Assembly (NCBI RefSeq): GCF_963921235.1
Contig: NC_086097.1
Span: 868,001-932,000 of the forward strand
Length of the DNA stretch: 64,000 nt
DNA from: Mobula hypostoma
Taxonomy: Eukaryota
Reading direction: 5' to 3'
Shown: positions 1 to 10,269 of the stretch, in pieces
Position numbering within the stretch: position 1 is the stretch's first letter
Layout: each line of letters starts with the position of its first letter
Made by a program: the position numbers and the translations under genes
Notes under the pieces: generated by a model
Database searches by the model: none
Told to the model about the DNA's origin: nothing
What the model saw: the letters and a program-made list of their open reading frames with translations, nothing else

Positions 1-1130
1 CTCACTTGTCACCCGTGGTTCCTTCACCCTACCATTCTTTATCTTCCTCACCAGGTCAAATTTATCCCTAACATCCCGCAAGAGATCTCTAAACATCGAC
101 CACATGTCCATAGTACATTTCCCTGCAAAAACATCATCCCAATTCACACCCGCAAGTTCTAGCCTTATAGCCTCATAATTTGCCTTTCCCCAATTAAAAA
201 TTTTCCTGTGCTCTCTGATTCTATCCTTTTCCATGATAATGCTAAAGGCCAGGGAGCGGTGGTCACTGTCCCCCAGATGCTCACCCACTGAGAGATCTGT
301 GACCTGACCCAGTTCATTACCTAGTACTAGATCTAGTATGGCATCCCCCCTGGTCGGCCTGTCCACATACTGTGACAGGAATCCGTCCTGGACACACTTA
401 ACAAACTCTGCCCCATCTAAACCCTTGGAACTAATCAGGTGCCAATCAATATTAGGGAAGTTAAAGTCACCCATGATAACAACCCTGTTATTTTTGCGCC
501 TTTCCAAAATCTGCCTCCCAATCTGCTCCTCTGTATCTCTGCTGCTACCAGGGGGCCTATAGAATACCCCCAATAGAGTAACTGCTCCCTTCCTGTTCCT
601 GACTTCCACCCATACTGACTCAAAAGAGGATCCTGCTACATTACCCACCCTTTCTGTAGCTGTAATAGTATCCCTGACCAGTAATGCCACCCCTCCTCCC
701 CTTTTTCCACCCTCTCTATCCCTTTTAAAGCAGTGAAATCCAGGAATATTGAGAATCCATTCCTGTCCTGGTGCCAGCCAAGTCTCTGTAATGGCCACAA
801 CATCATAATTCCATGTATGTATCCAAGCTCTCAGTTCATCACCTTTGTTCCTGATGCTTCTTGCATTGAGGTACACACAGTTTAGCCCTTCTATCTTACT
901 ACCTTTACACCGTTTATTCTGCTTCTCTTTCCTCAAAGCCTCTCTATATGTTAGATCTGGTTTTACTCCACACACTTCTTTCACTGCTCTGTCACTCCGG
1001 GTCCCATCCCCCTTACAAATTAGTTTAAACCCTCCCGAACCCTGCTAGCAAACCTACCTGCAAGGATATTGCTCCCCCTCGAGTTCAGGTGCAATCCATC
1101 CAATCTGTACAGGTCTCACCTTCCCCAGAA
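1..1130 (-). mobile_element. CR1-clade LINE fragment: end of ORF1 (SGNH esterase) and ORF2 APE endonuclease domain
   Basis: The minus strand translates to LLGVFYRPPGSSRDTEEQIGRQILERRKNNRVVIMGDFNFPNIDW (~440-580; APE YRPP and GDFN motifs). At ~1020-1130 it reads FWGR*DLYRLDGLHLNSRGSNILAGRFA...GLN*, the ORF1 esterase end, with an internal stop. Confidence 0.9.
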
Positions 1131-1424
1131 CTTTTACTATCTGTTTTGATATTTTGTGCCAGTTTATTTTTATAATCTAGCTTCCCTTTCTTTATTGCTC
1201 GCTTTGTGGTACTTTGTTGCTTTTTAAAGTTTTACTGATCTTCCAGTTTCCCACTATTCTTGGCGACTTTTTATGCACAATTTTTAGTTTGATGCCTTCT
1301 TTTATTGCCTTTTCTCATTCCGTTGAATGTTGTTTTTGTTGCATGTGTGAAAACACACCGCGGCAAGTTCCTAATACATGTAAATGTATACGGCAAACAA
1401 AGTTGATGCTTCCTTGATCCTTGA

Positions 1425-1555
1425 AACCCATCTGGTCACGGGGACAATGTACAAAGTTCTTACCAACCCTGCAGGAATTGAACTCCATTCGGTAATCACC
1501 GGCACTCAGAAGTGACGCACTGACTGCTAGTTAACAATGCTGCTCTAACCATGTC
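1425..1555 (-). mobile_element. Degenerate HE1/V-SINE-like fragment
   Basis: gaaacccatctggtcacggggacaatgtacaaagttcttac...gcaggaattgaactc resembles the longer copy at 3500-3700. Confidence 0.5.
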
Positions 1556-1759
1556 TTCAGAAGAGACAGTTACCACAAAACTGAGCACCTGTGGTTCTTC
1601 ACCAGTTCCTGTCTGTTAGTCGGATGTTGACCCTTGCATCTGCATATCTGTGTTTCCTGCGGTTTGGAAGGACGTTAAGTTTCTGACTGGGATCGTGGAA
1701 CATTCTGGGGCCACGTCACATACTCCAACTAGTGAAGACTAGGAAAAGTACCCACAGGA

Positions 1760-2392
1760 AAGATGTCAATATGATTAAAGGAGTACAGAGAAAATTTACA
1801 AGGATTTTGCCAGAACCTTTCCGGTGCTTCACGAAACTAGTGTGCAGAATGCCTGATAATTCCTGCATTTCCCAAACCCATAATTAATGTCAGGGTCTCC
1901 TGCATCAGAAGGGAGCGGTAGTCACTTTAGGACCTTGTCCCTCAGCATCAGAGTACAGAGAAAATTTACAACAATGTTGCCAGGACTTGAGGACCAAATA
2001 GGTTAGGACTTTAGTCCCAAGAACATAGATGAAAGAGAGGAGATTTGGTGGAGGTATACAAAATTATGAGGAGTGTAGAGAGGATAAATGCAAACAGGCT
2101 TTTTCAACTGAGGTTGTCTGAGACTAGAACAAGAAAGAAGACATGGGTTTAGCATGAAAGCTGAAATATTTAAGGGGAACATGAAGGAAAACTTCTTCAC
2201 TCAGAGGGGGTCAAGAATGTGGAGCAAGCTCTCAACAGAAGTGGTGAATGCAGATTTGGTTTCAACATTTAAGAGAAGTTTGGTTAGGTAGGGGTATGGA
2301 GGTTTATCCAGGGGCAGGTCAATGGGGCTAAGCAGAATAACAGTTTGATGGGGCAAAGGGCCTGTTTCTGTGTTGTACTGTTCTATGACTCT
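1760..2392 (+). mobile_element. CR1 LINE 3' end, decayed, with ttctatgactct-type tail
   Basis: Sequence coding for RVQRKFT..LPGL and EVYKIMRSVERINANRLF-like segments, then aaggaaaacttcttcactcagagg and the 3' terminus cctgtttctgtgttgtactgttctatgactct. It is similar to the other CR1 3' ends in the window. Confidence 0.8.
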
Positions 2393-2439
2393 TTGTCTAA
2401 GGTTCTGTAAACCCTGCTCCACAACAGGAGGAGTTGCAA

Positions 2440-2461
2440 ATGAACTGTGTTCTCTCTGTAG
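2440..2461 (+). promoter_or_regulatory. Probable 3' splice acceptor for the ZDHHC22 coding exon
   Basis: Pyrimidine tract tgtgttctctctgtAG ends at 2461, 16 nt upstream of the ATG at 2478. The sequence upstream of it is CR1-derived. Confidence 0.6.
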
Positions 2462-2467
2462 GGAGGA

Positions 2468-2476
2468 ATGGTCTAG
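2468..2476 (+). promoter_or_regulatory. Minimal upstream ORF (ATG GTC TAG)
   Basis: ggaATGgtcTAGgATG: strong Kozak context (G at -3, G at +4). One base separates the stop from the main ATG. Confidence 0.5.
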
Positions 2477-2477
2477 G

Positions 2478-3257
2478 ATGCTGAAGCTGAAGATTTTGAA
2501 CACCATTGCGCCTTCCTACTTCCTTGCCGTCTCCATTACCACCCTCATCCTTCAGAGCTTTGTCTTCATTCCCACCATCTTCGCTGATGACTTCCGCCGA
2601 CCCTGGTCCCACTGCGGCTTCCATTTTACCTTCTTCCTCTACGTGTCAGTGAACGTCCTGGGCAACTACTTCCTGATTCTGTGGTACCCTTCGGAGAGCC
2701 TGCGGGGCGGCAGAGTGTCGAGTGAGAGCAGCCCCACACTGCAGCCAGGCAGTCACTTCTGTAAACTCTGCAGTAAGGTCATCCTGAAGCGAGACCATCA
2801 CTGCTTCTTCACCGCCAATTGTATAGGCAACAGGAACATGCGCTACTTCCTCATGTTCGGCTGGTACACCTCCATTGTTTGCCTCTACTCCCTGGTGGTA
2901 GGTGTGGCCTACCTGAGCATCGAATACCATCTCTCCTTCGAGAATCCCCTCACCTTCCTCACCCTCCTCCCTCTCTCCTTCTTTCACTTCTTCTTCAGTA
3001 TGATCCCATCTTTTCAGCTATTCCTCGTCCTCATGCTCTACATCTGGCTGGGCATCGGACTCACCTGCGCTGGCTTCTGCTGCCAGCAGATCCTGCTGGT
3101 AGCCCGGGGCCGGACCTGGTACCACCTGAAGAAGGGGTTGCCTGCAGTTCGCTGCACTCCATGGGGGGTTAACCTCCAGGACGTATTCGGGAAGCGTTGG
3201 TTACTGGGATTCTTCTTCCCAATTCCAACAGTACATGTGGATCCAAAGGATAAATAG
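2478..3257 (+). CDS. ZDHHC22: Palmitoyltransferase ZDHHC22-like, 259 aa, uninterrupted CDS
   Basis: DHHC-CRD HFCKLCSKVILKRDHHCFFTANCIGNRNMRYF (DHHC at 2793-2804) and several hydrophobic segments. The N-terminus MLKLKILNTIAPSYFL, the segments LMLYIWLGIGLTCAGFCCQQ and NLQDVFGKRWLLG, and the terminal DK match ZDHHC22 as I recall it. No stops or frameshifts; GC-rich third codon positions. The start is placed at ATG 2478 rather than GTG 2370. Confidence 0.93.
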   Translation: MLKLKILNTIAPSYFLAVSITTLILQSFVFIPTIFADDFRRPWSHCGFHFTFFLYVSVNVLGNYFLILWYPSESLRGGRVSSESSPTLQPGSHFCKLCSKVILKRDHHCFFTANCIGNRNMRYFLMFGWYTSIVCLYSLVVGVAYLSIEYHLSFENPLTFLTLLPLSFFHFFFSMIPSFQLFLVLMLYIWLGIGLTCAGFCCQQILLVARGRTWYHLKKGLPAVRCTPWGVNLQDVFGKRWLLGFFFPIPTVHVDPKDK

Positions 3258-3261
3258 AACT

Positions 3262-3356
3262 GAATTCCCATCAATCTTCCTGCTTCCCCAAACCCACTGT
3301 GCAGAATTCTTGATAATCTTCCTGCTTCCTCAAACCCACTGTGCAGAATTCCCAAT
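3262..3356 (+). repeat. ~42-bp tandem duplication just after the stop codon
   Basis: aatcttcctgcttcc(c/t)caaacccactgtgcagaattc occurs twice in tandem. Confidence 0.85.
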
Positions 3357-3499
3357 GATCCCCCAGTTTCCTAGGCCCAATGATTTGGATTTATACATCA
3401 CATGTACTGTATATCAATATTCAGAATTTCTCATGTTTCCTGCCATTCGAGCTCTTCCAGCCCAAAGAGCTGCACCACCCAAAAACTCACCTACTTAAC

Positions 3500-3705
3500 C
3501 CTAGCCGGACAATTTACAATGACTAATTAACCTACTAACTGGAATATCTTTGGACTGTGGGGGGAAACCAGAGCATTCGGAGAAAACCCAAGCGGTCACA
3601 GGAAAATGTACAAATTCCTTGCAGAAGATGCAGGAAATGCACTCTGAACTTCAATGTCCCATGTTGTGTTAGCGTTGCACTAACCGCTACACTACAGTGG
3701 TGTCC
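3500..3705 (-). mobile_element. HE1/V-SINE-like element
   Basis: ggactgtggggggaaaccagagcattcggagaaaacccaagcgg is the reverse complement of the V-SINE conserved core (TGGGTTTCCTCCGGGTGCTCCGGTTTCCTCCCACAGTCC). It ends in cactaaccgctacactac, a reversed tRNA-like head. Confidence 0.7.
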
Positions 3706-3950
3706 TACTAATTTAAATGTTTAAATACTACTTAAATTGTACCAAACTAATTAAAATTAGCAATGAAATGCTCAACTAACTTATCCCTTGTGCCTAACAT
3801 ACTTCACTGTCTACTGCGCCACTAGTTTGGGAGTTATCCTTCACTATCTACACCACTCCTCAATCCACCAACGACTCAGGCTCCTGTCTCACCCTCACCC
3901 ACCCTCTCTCTTTACACTGACCATCTCCCCTCTACACTCTCAGTCCTGAA

Positions 3951-4219
3951 ACATCAACCGTCCCATTCCCATCACAGATGCTGACTGATTTGCTCATTTC
4001 TCCAGCAGACTGTTTCTTGCACAGGTACCTGCACCCCTCCACATCAACCGTCCCATTCCCATCACAGATGCTGACTGATTTGCTCATTTCTCCAGCAGAC
4101 TGTTCCTTGCACAGGTACCTGCACCCCTCCACATCAACCGTCCCATTCCCATCACAGATGCTGACTGATTTGCTCATTTCTCCAGCAGACTGTTCCTTGC
4201 ACAGGTACCTGCACCCCTC
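3951..4219 (+). repeat. 90-bp tandem repeat, 3 copies
   Basis: Units start at 3951, 4041 and 4131 (acatcaaccgtcccattccc...acaggtacctgcacccctcc) and are nearly identical. Confidence 0.95.
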
Positions 4220-4239
4220 TGAACAGCAACTCTTTTCAG

Positions 4240-4385
4240 TCTCCCTGATGTTTCAATTTATAGTTTTTCTGCCAAAATGGATGAACTTACATTTTTCCAC
4301 ATTACATTCAATCTGACACTTCCTTGCACTTTACCTTAGCCTGTCTATATACCTTCTAATCCTGTCTGCATCCTTCTCAAAGCCC
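4240..4385 (-). mobile_element. Decayed CR1 RT fragment
   Basis: ctgccaaaatggatgaacttacatttttccacattacattcaatctg corresponds to the QMQFNVDKCEVIHFG region seen at 57125-57180. Confidence 0.65.
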
Positions 4386-4519
4386 AGATCACCGTGAAGC
4401 AACCAAAATGGCTGCTACTTGAGAGATTTCTCTCTTTGATCGCCTCCTGGCTCGACCTGTCAGTAATAAAAAGCATTTAATCTTACCGTGCTCAGCCTTT
4501 TTAAAGTTCCTTCCTTGAT

Positions 4520-4986
4520 CTGCCCATAGCTCACTGAAAGCATTGCACGGGTAGGTAGGATGGTAAAGAAGGCATATGACATGCTCGCCTTCATAAATTA
4601 GGGTACAGAGTCTAAAAGTTTGCATGTAAAGTTGTAACTGTACAAAACACTGGATAGACTACACTGTCTGCAGTTCCAGACACGAAAGGAAGGAAGTGGT
4701 TTCACTGGAGATTCACTAGGATGATATCTGAAATGCACTGTATGCATCTGGTCACCAGGGCAAGGAAGTGGTTTCACTGGAGATTCACCAGGATTATGCC
4801 TGAGCTACACTGTGTGCAGTTCTGGTCATGATAGGAAAGGAGTGGTTTCACAGGAGAGAGTAGAAAGTCACTAGGATGATGCCTGAAATGGAGGACTTTA
4901 GACATGGGGAGAGATTCGACAGGCTGGGCTGTCTTCCCTGGAGTGAAGGAGGCTGAGGGATGTCCTGATAGACATTTATAAAGTTA
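4520..4986 (+). mobile_element. Decayed CR1 RT C-terminal fragment, continuing at ~7095-7290 after an RTE insertion
   Basis: HSSLK...RMVKKAYDMLAFI-like and RFTRM.P-like segments, with internal ~75-bp duplications at 4690-4890. Confidence 0.7.
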
Positions 4987-7093
4987 GATGATGACTTGTC
5001 AAACAACAATGACTTTCCAATTCTGTGGAAGCAACCATAAGATAGCTGAAGAATGGGAAAGCTGCAGGAATAGTGAATATCCTGGTTGAGCTGATAAAAC
5101 ATGGAGGAGAGACAGTGATAGACATCCTCACCAATATCTGTTACCAAATCTGGCCGTCTGGGCAATGGCCAACACCCTGGACAAAATCACTCATCATCAC
5201 TCTCCCCAAGAAAGAGAACTTATAGCAGTGCCAGAATTATTGAATCATAAGTTTTATCAACCATGCAAGCAAAGTGATGTTGAAAGTAATCTTGAACAGA
5301 CTAAACCACAGCAGAAGAAAAATCGCTGAAGAGCAAGCTGGATACAAAAGTGGAAGAAGCACAAGAAAACAGATATTTAACCTCCAAGTACTGTGCAAGA
5401 AATACAACAGGACATCTTCCACGTGTTCATAGACTTCAAGAAGGCATTAGATAGGGTGTGACATGATGCACTCTGGACCACAATGAAGAGATACAACTTG
5501 GGCCAGAAGCTGATCCAAGCCATTAAGCAGCTCTACACCAAAGCTGGCAATGTGGTACTTGTTCAAGGCACATTTGGAGAGTGGTTCCACACATCAGTTG
5601 GAGACTGACAAGGCTGCTTCCTTTCACCTACACTATTCAACATTTTTCTGGAGCAAATAATGACAGGTGCCTTGGAAGATCATATCGGCACAGTCAGCAT
5701 TGGAGGACAGATCATAACCAACTCAGGTTCATTGATGGGCTGGCAGGAAGTGAGGATGAATTGCCCTGCCTTGTGAACCATCTGGACGATACATCGAGCA
5801 GATATGGCATGAAGATCAGCACGGAGAAAACCAAGCTGATGAGACACAGTGAGGAGTCAATCACAACAGAAGTCACAGTGGACAAGGTCCAGCTACTGTC
5901 AAAGGATTCAAGTATCTTAGTGCCATCATCAATCAAGAAGGATCAAAACCTGAAGTCCTTGCAAGGACAGTCCAAATAACAGCAACTCTGGCTAAACTAA
6001 AACCAACCCGGAGAGACAATATCAGATCCAGACTGAAACTAAAACCAATCCAGAGAGACAATATCAGATCCAGACTGAAACTAAAGCCAATCCGGAGAGA
6101 CAATATCAGATCCAGACTGAAACTAAAACCAATCCGGAGAGACAATATCAGATCCAGACTGAAACTAAAACCAATCCGGAGAGACAATATCAGATCCAGA
6201 CTGAAACTAAAACCAATCCGGAGAGACAATATCAGATCCAGACTGAAACTAAAGCCAATCCGGAGAGACAATATCAGATCCAGACTGAAACTAAAACCAA
6301 TCCGGAGAGACAATATCAGATCCAGACTGAAACTAAAACCAATCCGGAGAGACAATATCAGATCCAGACTGAAACTAAAACCAATCCGGAGAGACAATAT
6401 CAGATCCAGACTGAAACTAAAACCAATCCGGAGAGACAATATCAGATCCAGACTGAAACTAAAACCAATCCGGAGAGACAATATCAGATCCAGACTGAAA
6501 CTAAAACCAATCCGGAGAGACAATATCAGATCCAGACTGAAACTAAAACCAATCCGGAGAGACAATATCAGATCCAGACTGAAACTAAAACCAATCCGGA
6601 GAGACAATATCAGATCCAGACTGAAACTAAAACCAATCCGGAGAGACAATATCAGATCCAGACTGAAACTAAAACCAATCCGGAGAGACAATATCAGATC
6701 CAGACTGAAACTTCTGCATGCACTTCTGCTCTCCATCTTCTTGTATGCATACACATCATGGACATCTCCTCAGCATCTCCTATACAGACCATGTCTCAAA
6801 CAACAATGTATAAAGAACCACCACCCAGCACATGAGATACTATGAAGATCTACTGCGCACAGTAAAGAAGAGGAACTGAGATGGTATGGCCACATAACAA
6901 GGTCAAGTGGACTTTCAAAGATCATTCTTCAGGGAACGGTGCAGGGGAAAAGAAAAATGGGCAGACAGAGGAAGAAATGGGCAGACAACACTGCAGAGTG
7001 GACCAGAGAGAGCTTTGCTACAACCCAGGCACCCACCCACAACCGCGAAAGATGGAGGCAACTGGTGCAGTACTCATCTACGACCCAGGTGGT
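4987..7093 (+). mobile_element. RTE-clade LINE, 5'-truncated, RT pseudogene
   Basis: Translation LKNGKAAG..ELIKHGGETVIDILTNICYQIW..GQWPTPWTKSLIITLPKKENL*QCQNY..INHASKVMLKVILNRL..AEEQAGY..GRST, then FIDFKKA.DRV, YGMKISTEKTKLM and LRWYGHITR. Many stops and frameshifts. Confidence 0.88.
5994..6712 (+). repeat. 42-bp minisatellite, 17 near-perfect copies, inside the RTE element
   Basis: Unit aaactaaaaccaatccggagagacaatatcagatccagactg. The first copy starts at 5994 and the last at 6666 (16 x 42 later). Confidence 0.97.
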
Positions 7094-7094
7094 C

Positions 7095-7290
7095 TGAATC
7101 TTTTCTCTACAGTCAAGCATATCCTAAATATGAGGGCAAATACTTCAGGTGAGAAAGGAAAAATTTAAAGGCAATTTCGAAGGCAAGTTTTGTTTTTTTA
7201 CACAGAGACTCACTGCCAGAGGACATGGTAGAGTCAGATACAATTATTGAGTTTATTTAAATAGACAACATATAGAAGAATAGGGACTCT
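7095..7290 (+). mobile_element. CR1 3' fragment (continuation of 4520-4986)
   Basis: aggtgagaaaggaaaaatttaaagg...ttttacacagag matches the KVRGEKFKG..FFTQR segment of CR1. Confidence 0.6.
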
Positions 7291-7559
7291 GTCTTCTCAT
7301 TTCTGGTGAATATGAGCCTATAGGGGCTAATTCCTCTTCATATACCAGCATTTTCATTCCAGGAATCAACCTGATGAACATTTGCTCATGGCAAGACGAA
7401 TGTGCAGATCAATACAGGACAATTAGAGGCAAATTATTTGAGATGAGTGTTGAATGCTGCTTTGTAACAGCTAATGATAGTAATTCTAGTCTGTTGAAGC
7501 AGAGAAGTATACAACACAGGAACAACTCCTACCACCCATCATGTTGTGCTGAACAGGGG

Positions 7560-7652
7560 CCTGAAGGGTCTCGGCCCAAAACGCCCACCGTTTATTCTCC
7601 TCCATAGAGGCTGTCTAACCTGTTGAATTCCTCTAGCATTTTGTGTGTGTTG
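7560..7652 (+). mobile_element. Penelope-like terminal repeat fragment
   Basis: ctgaagggtctcggcccaaaacg...catagaggctgtctaacctgttgaattcctctagcattttgtgtgtgttg is the reverse-orientation homologue of 9420-9515. Confidence 0.7.
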
Positions 7653-7659
7653 CTGATGA

Positions 7660-8720
7660 CAACTAACACCTTCTGCCTGCACAATGTCCATACCCCTCCA
7701 TTCTCTGCTCATCCATGTGCCTGTGTGTGAGCCTCTGAAATATCTCTAATGTATCTGCCTCCTCCACCATCCCTTCCCAGGCACCCACCACTCTAACAAA
7801 ACTGGTCCTGAATATCTCCTTTCAAATTAACCCCTCTTGCCTTAAATGCATGGCTCTAATATGAGATATTTCAATCTTGGGCTAAGTATACTATATGTCT
7901 ACTCTATGCCCTCATAATAAACTATGATCGGATCCCCCTCAGACTCTGCCACTCCAGGGAAAACAACCCAAGTGCGTCCGACCTCTCTTATAACACACAC
8001 CCTCTAATCCAGGTAGCATACTAGTAAACCTCGTCTTCACCCTCTGCAAAGCCTCAACATCCTTCCAGGACAGTATACAACACTCCAGATGCAACCTTAC
8101 TAGAGTTTTATAAAACTGCAACATAACTTCCTGACTTTTGAACTCAGTGCCTCTACTAATAAAGGTGAGCCTGTCACCTGCCTTCTTAATCACCCTACAA
8201 AGCTGTGTAGTGGCTTTCAGCGATCTATGAATGTGGACCCCGTGATTTCTCTGCTTATCAACACTGTTAAGGATCTTGTCCCTGTACATTAGTTCTCCCA
8301 AAGTACAATACCTCAGACTTGTCCAGATTAAACCTGATCTACCATTTCTCCATCTATCTATACTGACCTATAACTCATTACTGATCTATACCCCTTTGGG
8401 AAACGATATCCACACATCATCTGCAAATTTACAAACCCACCCATCTACATTTTCATCCAGGTCATTTATGTACATTACAAACAGCAGAGGTCCCAGCACA
8501 GATCCCTGTAGAACACCAGTAATCACAGACCCCCAACTCAAATAAGTCTACCTTCCATCTTCTATGGGCAAGCCAGTTCTGAATCCGGATGGCCAATTCA
8601 CCTTGGATTGCATGCATCTTAATCTTCGGCAAGAGTCTTCCATGAAGGATGAGTCAACACTTTACTAAGATGCATGTGGACAATATCCAGAGCTCCAGCT
8701 TCATTAAGCACCTCCATGAA
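7660..8720 (-). mobile_element. Decayed CR1 RT and 3' end
   Basis: Minus ORF 7939-8301 (LTFISRGTEFKSQEVMLQFYKTLVRLHLECC..RFTSMLPGLEG), plus a [22 protein letters not shown] motif at ~8450-8520. Confidence 0.85.
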
Positions 8721-8925
8721 AAACCATTAAAATCAAAGCCAAAGTTATGATTATGATTATGAGGACATGCAGTCCTCTTTTATTGTCAGTTAGTAATGCA
8801 TGCATCAAGAAATGATACAATGTTGAGTTTATTGTCATGTTTACAAGATCACAAGACCTTGTATGCACAGATGCAACACAAACTCACCATCAACAGCCTC
8901 ACATGCACAAAACATCAGATATGCA

Positions 8926-9307
8926 GTAGAGTCATAGAGTCCTAGAAAATTACAGCCCGGAAATAGATCCTTCAGCCCATCTAAACTGCCTACCCCCGTC
9001 GACCTGCACTGGGATCATAGCCCTCCATACCCCACCACCCAAACTTCTCTTAAACATTGAAATCAAGCTTGCCTGCACCATTTGTGCTGGCAGCTCATTC
9101 CACACTCTCAGGACTCTCTGAGTGAAGAAATTTCCTCTCATGTTCCCCTTAAACTTTTCACCTTTCACCCTTAAGCCATGACCTCTGGTTGTAGTCCCAC
9201 CCAACCTCAGTGGAAAAACCCTGCTTGCATTTACCTTATCTATACCCTTCATAATTTTGTATACCTCTATTAAATCTCCTGTCAATCTTCTATATTCCAA
9301 GGAATAA
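8926..9307 (-). mobile_element. CR1 3' end, 5'-truncated, relatively intact
   Basis: LYSLEYRRLTGDLIEVYKIMKGIDKVNASRVFPLRLGGTTTRGHGLRVKGEKFKGNMRGNFFTQRVLRVWNELP, with tail agagtcatagagtcctagaa. Confidence 0.9.
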
Positions 9308-9382
9308 AGGCGAGTATTCATAAAACAAGCACAAACATATACATTTTTACAAGAAAAAAACACAGAACTAGGACAATATAAC

Positions 9383-10268
9383 ACAAACAAGAGAAAATCT
9401 GCAGATGCTGGAAATCCAAGCAACACACACAAAATGCTGGAGGAACTCAGCAGGCCAGGAGCATCTATGGAAAAAAGTACAGTCGACGTTTTGGGCTGAG
9501 ACCCTTCAGCAGGACTGGAGAAAAATTGCTGAGGAGTAGATTTAAAAGGTGAGATGATAGGTGAAACCAGAAGGGAGAGGGATGAAGTAAAGAGCAGGGA
9601 AGTTGATCGGAGGCCATGGAAGAAAGAAAAAGGGTGGGGAGTGCTGGAGGGAGGTGGTGGACAGGCTAGGAGATAAGGTGAGAGAGGGGAAATAGGGATG
9701 GGGGATGGTGAAGGAGAGCAGGGGTGGGGAGTCATTACTGGAAGTCTGAGAAATTGATGTTTATGCCATCAGGTTGGAGGCTACCCAAATGGAATATAAG
9801 GTGTTGTTCTCCAACCTAAGTGTGGCCTCAGTGGAGGACCCCATGGATGGACATATCAGAATGGGAATGGGAAGTGGAATTAAAATAGGTGGCCACTGGG
9901 AGATCCCACTTGTTTTGGCAGACAGAGCATAGATGCTCTGTGAAGCGGTCTCCCAATCAATGTAGGGTCTCCATGATATACAGGAGGCCACACCGGGAAC
10001 ACTGCACACGGTATATGACCCCAACAAACTCACAGGTGAAGTGTTGCCTCACCTGAAAAGACTGTTTGGGGCCTGAATGGTAGTGAGGGAGGAGGTGTGG
10101 GGCAGATGTAGCACTTGTTCTGCTTGCAAGGATAAGTGCCAAGAGGAAGATCAGTGGGGAGGGACGAATGGACAAGGGAGTCGCATAGGGAATGATCACT
10201 GCAGAAAGCAGAAAGTGCAGGGGAGGGTAAGGAATGCCTGGTTGTGGGATCCCATTGGAGAAGGTGGA
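9383..10268 (-). mobile_element. Penelope-like retroelement: GIY-YIG endonuclease remnant and 3' terminal repeat
   Basis: GPKQSFQVRQHFTCEFVGVIYRVQCSRCGLLYIMET (GIY-YIG), GTYPCKQNKCYIC (Cys-rich linker), and a terminal repeat with a degenerate hammerhead at 9480-9517. Confidence 0.88.
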
Positions 10269-10269
10269 A

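Noticed and set aside
1781..1970. Identical 20-mer gagtacagagaaaatttaca at 1781 and 1951 as a TSD or regulatory repeat
   Set aside because: Both copies are a conserved CR1 segment (RVQRKFT), most simply two CR1 fragments or a local duplication.
2370..2477. 36-aa N-terminal extension of the ZDHHC22 ORF
   Set aside because: It starts at a GTG inside a CR1 tail and crosses a likely splice acceptor. Similarity to ZDHHC22 begins at ATG 2478.
2397..3355. Overlapping antisense and alternate-frame ORFs over ZDHHC22
   Set aside because: These are shadows of a GC3-rich coding sequence with no recognisable domains.
4481..4540. Possible minus-strand micro-exon (ctttcag ... gtaaga)
   Set aside because: The acceptor side is CR1-derived and there is no coding support.
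5933..6754. 273-aa repetitive ORF (SLDLILSLRIGFSF)n, or a CRISPR-like array
   Set aside because: It is the antisense reading of a 42-bp tandem repeat. The copies are contiguous with no unique spacers, and the context is eukaryotic with no cas genes.
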